64,000 bases of DNA from an uncultured Prevotellaceae bacterium (GTDB lineage Bacteria > Bacteroidota > Bacteroidia > Bacteroidales > Bacteroidaceae), in assembly GCA_900313615.1 (NCBI GenBank), contig OMRP01000016.1:7505-71504 (forward strand). Direction: 5' to 3'. Shown in pieces: positions 61,252 through 64,000 of the stretch; the stretch's first letter is position 1, and each line of letters begins with the position of its first letter. A program made the position numbers and the translations under genes. The notes under the pieces were generated by a model that was not told where the DNA came from, made no database searches, and worked only from the letters and a program-made list of their open reading frames with translations.

Positions 61252-61322
61252 ATGACAAAAGAAGTATTTTTGAAATTGCACGCCCCTGGCGGTCATCTTG
61301 AAGCAAAAGACCTGACCGCCGA
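61252..61322 (+). pseudogene. Start of the divergent early gene, cut by repeat 12
   Basis: MTKEVFLKLHAPGGHLEAKDLTA runs into the repeat. Confidence 0.5.
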
Positions 61323-61358
61323 GTTTAAAACGGTTTGGGTTCAGGTGGTATTCGAACC

Positions 61359-61476
61359 CTTTAATTGGTAATTTTTTGAGGCAAAGATAGTTGTAATTTT
61401 TATAATTACAAAAAAATGAAAGAAATAATGAGCAATTTATATTATTCCTTCATTTTTTTAGTAATTTAGCCGAAAA
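61359..61476 (-). promoter_or_regulatory. Array leader with a promoter facing into the array
   Basis: AT-rich; minus-strand TTTG(61412-61409)-N19-TATCTTTG(61389-61382); palindrome TTGTAATT-N5-AATTACAA. Confidence 0.78.
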
Positions 61477-62334
61477 ATGGCAAAGCAAACTTTAGTATTC
61501 GAATCATCAAAAGAACTATCCTTAAGAGATGGTATGTTGGTCATTACCAACAGGGAGACTGAAGAGACGACATTGCGCTCGTTGGAGGACATCCAGATGA
61601 TCATGGTGGATAATCATTCCGTCAAGATAACGATTCCTCTCATCGCTAAATTATCGAAATTAAATATCGGTGTTGTGTTCTGCGACGAGAAACATATGCC
61701 TGTGTCGATGTTGTTGGATTTGGAATCTAATACCTTGCAGTCGAAAAGGATAAGATGTCAGTTGGCTGCATCAAAACCAGTCAATAAACAAATATGGAAA
61801 CAAATTGTAGAGGCTAAAATCCGTAACCAGTCTTTATTGCTTGAGAAATTGGGCATTGGCAAATCATTGCTTGCCACCTACTACAACAATGTCAAAAGTG
61901 GCGATTCCACCAATCGGGAAGGGATGGCTGCAAGAGTGTATTGGTTGAAACTCATTGGAAAGAACTTTATTCGTGATAGGTTTGGAGGACCTCCGAATGC
62001 TCTCCTTAATTACGGCTATACCGTGCTCCGTTCTATGGTGGCCAGAAGTCTCATGAATGCAGGACTGCTTCCTCTCGTGGGAATCTTCCATCATAATTGT
62101 CACAATGCTTTTCCTTTGGCCGATGATGTTATGGAACCATATAGACCTTATGTTGACTATCGGGTAATAATAATGCTGAAAGAAGGACTGACGGAAGTGT
62201 GCAGAGAATCGAAGAGACGGCTATTGGAATTATTTTATCAAGATATTTCTGCTGACGCAATGTCATTGACGGCTTCTTCACTGGCTGGTATTTATGAAGA
62301 AGATGGTAGAGTTATTGTTTATCCAACGATTTGA
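61477..62334 (+). CDS. cas1: CRISPR-associated integrase Cas1 (type II-like)
   Basis: FCDEKHMP, KIRNQ, SGDSTNREG, NALLNYGY, GIFHH, LADDVMEPYRP. Confidence 0.95.
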   Translation: MAKQTLVFESSKELSLRDGMLVITNRETEETTLRSLEDIQMIMVDNHSVKITIPLIAKLSKLNIGVVFCDEKHMPVSMLLDLESNTLQSKRIRCQLAASKPVNKQIWKQIVEAKIRNQSLLLEKLGIGKSLLATYYNNVKSGDSTNREGMAARVYWLKLIGKNFIRDRFGGPPNALLNYGYTVLRSMVARSLMNAGLLPLVGIFHHNCHNAFPLADDVMEPYRPYVDYRVIIMLKEGLTEVCRESKRRLLELFYQDISADAMSLTASSLAGIYEEDGRVIVYPTI

Positions 62335-62338
62335 AAAT

Positions 62339-62653
62339 ATGTGGATCTATGTTGTTACAAGTTTCACCCGCTATAACAAGGTGGGACGAAAAGCAAAGGA
62401 TGTTTTTCAAAAGTCAATAGTTAAAGATGGATTCTTCCAACTACATGAGAATCTGTATGTCAGGTATTGCAGCACGGTAGGTAATGCTAATATGCATAAA
62501 GAACGAGTAAAGAACGTCATACCGATAAAGTGTTGCGATGTGAGCATTATTATGACCGCTGATAGTCAGGAAAGCAATATCTATCACAGCCTTAATAGGA
62601 AAAGGTCAAAATGTATTGTTTATGGAAAACATGGCAATGTGGAATTCTTCTAG
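62339..62653 (+). CDS. cas2: Divergent Cas2 (type II-like)
   Basis: Follows cas1; KDGF.QL...YVRYC...A..H.ERVK..IP; usual FD(L)P motif replaced by TSFT. Confidence 0.82.
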   Translation: MWIYVVTSFTRYNKVGRKAKDVFQKSIVKDGFFQLHENLYVRYCSTVGNANMHKERVKNVIPIKCCDVSIIMTADSQESNIYHSLNRKRSKCIVYGKHGNVEFF

Positions 62654-62666
62654 AATTGTTTTACTA

Positions 62667-62712
62667 AACAAAGAGCCATTTCCCTCTTTAAGACAGGAAA
62701 CGGCTCTTTGTT
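62667..62712. terminator. Bidirectional terminator between cas2 and rpiB
   Basis: aacaaagagcc...ggctctttgtt. Confidence 0.7.
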
Positions 62713-62732
62713 ATATTGCTACAAACTGAGCG

Positions 62733-63173
62733 TTACACCGGAATCTTGTCGATGCGACGCTGGTGGCGACCACCTTCGAAGTCGGTGGCGAAATATTCGT
62801 CCATAATCTTGCGAGCCATGTCTTCATCGATGAAACGACCAGGCATGACGAGCACATTGGCATCGTTGTGCTGACGGATGAGATGGGCAATCTCGGGAAT
62901 CCAGCACAGGCCGGCGCGAATGGATTGGTGTTTGTTGAGGGTCATGTTGATGCCTTCGCCGCTACCACAGACAGCGATGCCGGGATAGACCTCGCCAGCT
63001 TCGATGCCGCGTGCCAAGGCATGGCCGAAGTCGCTGTAGTCGCACGAGTCCTCCGTGTAGGTGCCATAGTCCTTGTAAGCGTAACCTTTTTCTTCCAGGT
63101 ATTGCTTGACGAATTGTTTCAAAGCATAGCCAGCATGGTCGCTGGCTATGCCTATGGTTTTGAATTCCATCAT
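62733..63173 (-). CDS. rpiB: Ribose-5-phosphate isomerase B
   Basis: ASDHAG, CGSGEG, HNDANVL, FEGGRHQRRI. Confidence 0.95.
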   Translation of the reverse strand: MMEFKTIGIASDHAGYALKQFVKQYLEEKGYAYKDYGTYTEDSCDYSDFGHALARGIEAGEVYPGIAVCGSGEGINMTLNKHQSIRAGLCWIPEIAHLIRQHNDANVLVMPGRFIDEDMARKIMDEYFATDFEGGRHQRRIDKIPV

Positions 63174-63223
63174 AATTGCTAATCCTAAATTTTGAATTGT
63201 TAATTATGAATTGTGAATTGTAA

Positions 63224-64000
63224 TTATCCTAACAGTTTCTTCACCTGCTCGTAGACGTTCTGGCCGTTGTAGCCCAGTTTCTCATCGAGCACTTTGTAAG
63301 GAGCGGAGAAGCCGAAACTCTGCAGACCCCATACGGTACCGTCGGCACCTACAAGACCTTCGAGAGTGACAGGCAGACCTGCAGTCATACCAAACTTCTT
63401 CTTGCCAGCGGGGAGCACGCTCTGTTGGTATTCCTTCGATTGGTTGCGGAACAAGCCCTCGGAAGGAACGCTCACGATGCGCACTTTCACACCGTCTTCG
63501 CGGAGCAGTTTGGCACCGGCCTCGAGGGTCGACACTTCTGAACCGGAGGCGAGCAGTATCACATCATAGTCTTCATCACTACCAGCCACTACATAAGCAC
63601 CCTTCATGGCCTGCATGTAGTCGTTGCCTTCGGGCAACATGTCGATGTTCTGGCGCGAGAAGATGAGCGCCGTCGGCGTATCGGTGTTCTCCATAGCCAT
63701 GCGCCAGCAGACGGTTGTTTCCTCTGCGTCGGCAGGACGAACAACCAACATGGAGTTCTTGCCGTGGTGGTTCTTCAGTTTCTCCATCAGACGAATCTGT
63801 GCTTCCTGCTCAACAGGTTCATGGGTAGGACCATCCTCACCCACACGGAAGGCATCGTGTGTCCAGATGAACTTCACGGGCAACTCCATCAGGGCAGCCA
63901 TGCGCACTGCTGGTTTCATGTAGTCGGAGAATACGAAGAAGGTACCGCAGGCGGGGATGACACCTCCGTGGAGTGCCATACCGATGCAGCAGCAAGCCAT
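63224..64000 (-). CDS. tkt: Transketolase (C-terminal part)
   Basis: TFFVFSDY, VGEDGPTHEP, ASGSEV, FGFSAP. Confidence 0.95.
   Translation of the reverse strand: MACCCIGMALHGGVIPACGTFFVFSDYMKPAVRMAALMELPVKFIWTHDAFRVGEDGPTHEPVEQEAQIRLMEKLKNHHGKNSMLVVRPADAEETTVCWRMAMENTDTPTALIFSRQNIDMLPEGNDYMQAMKGAYVVAGSDEDYDVILLASGSEVSTLEAGAKLLREDGVKVRIVSVPSEGLFRNQSKEYQQSVLPAGKKKFGMTAGLPVTLEGLVGADGTVWGLQSFGFSAPYKVLDEKLGYNGQNVYEQVKKLLG

Larger units (their letters stand above)
48731..61358 (-). CRISPR. CRISPR-like array: 12 x 36-bp repeats with 11 giant spacers (301-3483 bp)
   Basis: Repeats at 48731, 50126, 50764, 51793, 53062, 53399, 55109, 55501, 56955, 57426, 57804 and 61323; 9 are perfect and only the cas1-distal 3 are mutated; adjacent to leader, cas1 and cas2. 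Confidence 0.9.

Noticed and set aside
48731-61358. The region as one degraded prophage, or the repeats as tRNA-derived att sites (minus strand begins GGTTCGAAT, like a T-loop)
   Set aside because: No tRNA or integrase is adjacent, fragments are out of order and in mixed orientation, homologous loci recur with divergent sequence, genes are cut exactly at repeats, and the leader, cas1-cas2 and polarised decay fit CRISPR-type integration.
48731-61358. Integron with attC sites
   Set aside because: Repeats are identical 36-mers with only a 5-bp GGTTC/GAACC stem, there is no IntI, and cassettes contain truncated genes and their own promoters.
47934-64000. A Cas9/Cas12/Cas13 effector or tracrRNA for the array
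   Set aside because: No large ORF or anti-repeat lies between the flanking housekeeping genes; an effector elsewhere in the genome cannot be excluded from this window.

Overview
Bacteroidales (Prevotella-like) chromosomal window; the evidence is TTTG-N19-21-TAnnTTTG promoters, TamB/TamL, a T9SS-type cargo protein and a bS22-like ribosomal protein. Layout: (1) 1-7.5 kb, a type I R-M hsdS shufflon with a tyrosine invertase and a DUF4417/toxin-immunity-like cargo inside the invertible region; (2) 7.5-33.8 kb, mostly housekeeping genes plus two genes flanked by direct repeats; (3) 34-45 kb, a WYL-led defence island (two DUF262/GmrSD-like genes, nucleases, AAA ATPase) with a shared operator motif; (4) 48.7-62.7 kb, the main finding: a CRISPR-like array of twelve 36-bp repeats (GTTTAAAACGGTTTGGGTTCAGGTGGTATTCGAACC) whose 11 'spacers' are 301-3483 bp phage/MGE fragments. 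The array is followed by an AT-rich leader with a promoter facing into it, a type II-like cas1 and a divergent cas2. There is no effector gene between the flanking housekeeping genes (ZIP transporter, rpiB). The cassettes cut phage structural genes arbitrarily but keep intact, often promoter-bearing small genes: a repressor, five copies of one membrane-protein family, HicAB and an orphan HicB, an acidic protein and candidate sRNAs. I infer a Cas1-Cas2 gene-capture system, integron-like in effect, that may give immunity using the phages' own exclusion/immunity genes. Function is inferred, not shown, and a misassembly must be excluded with long reads. Protein family calls are from motif recognition by eye; no database searches were run.
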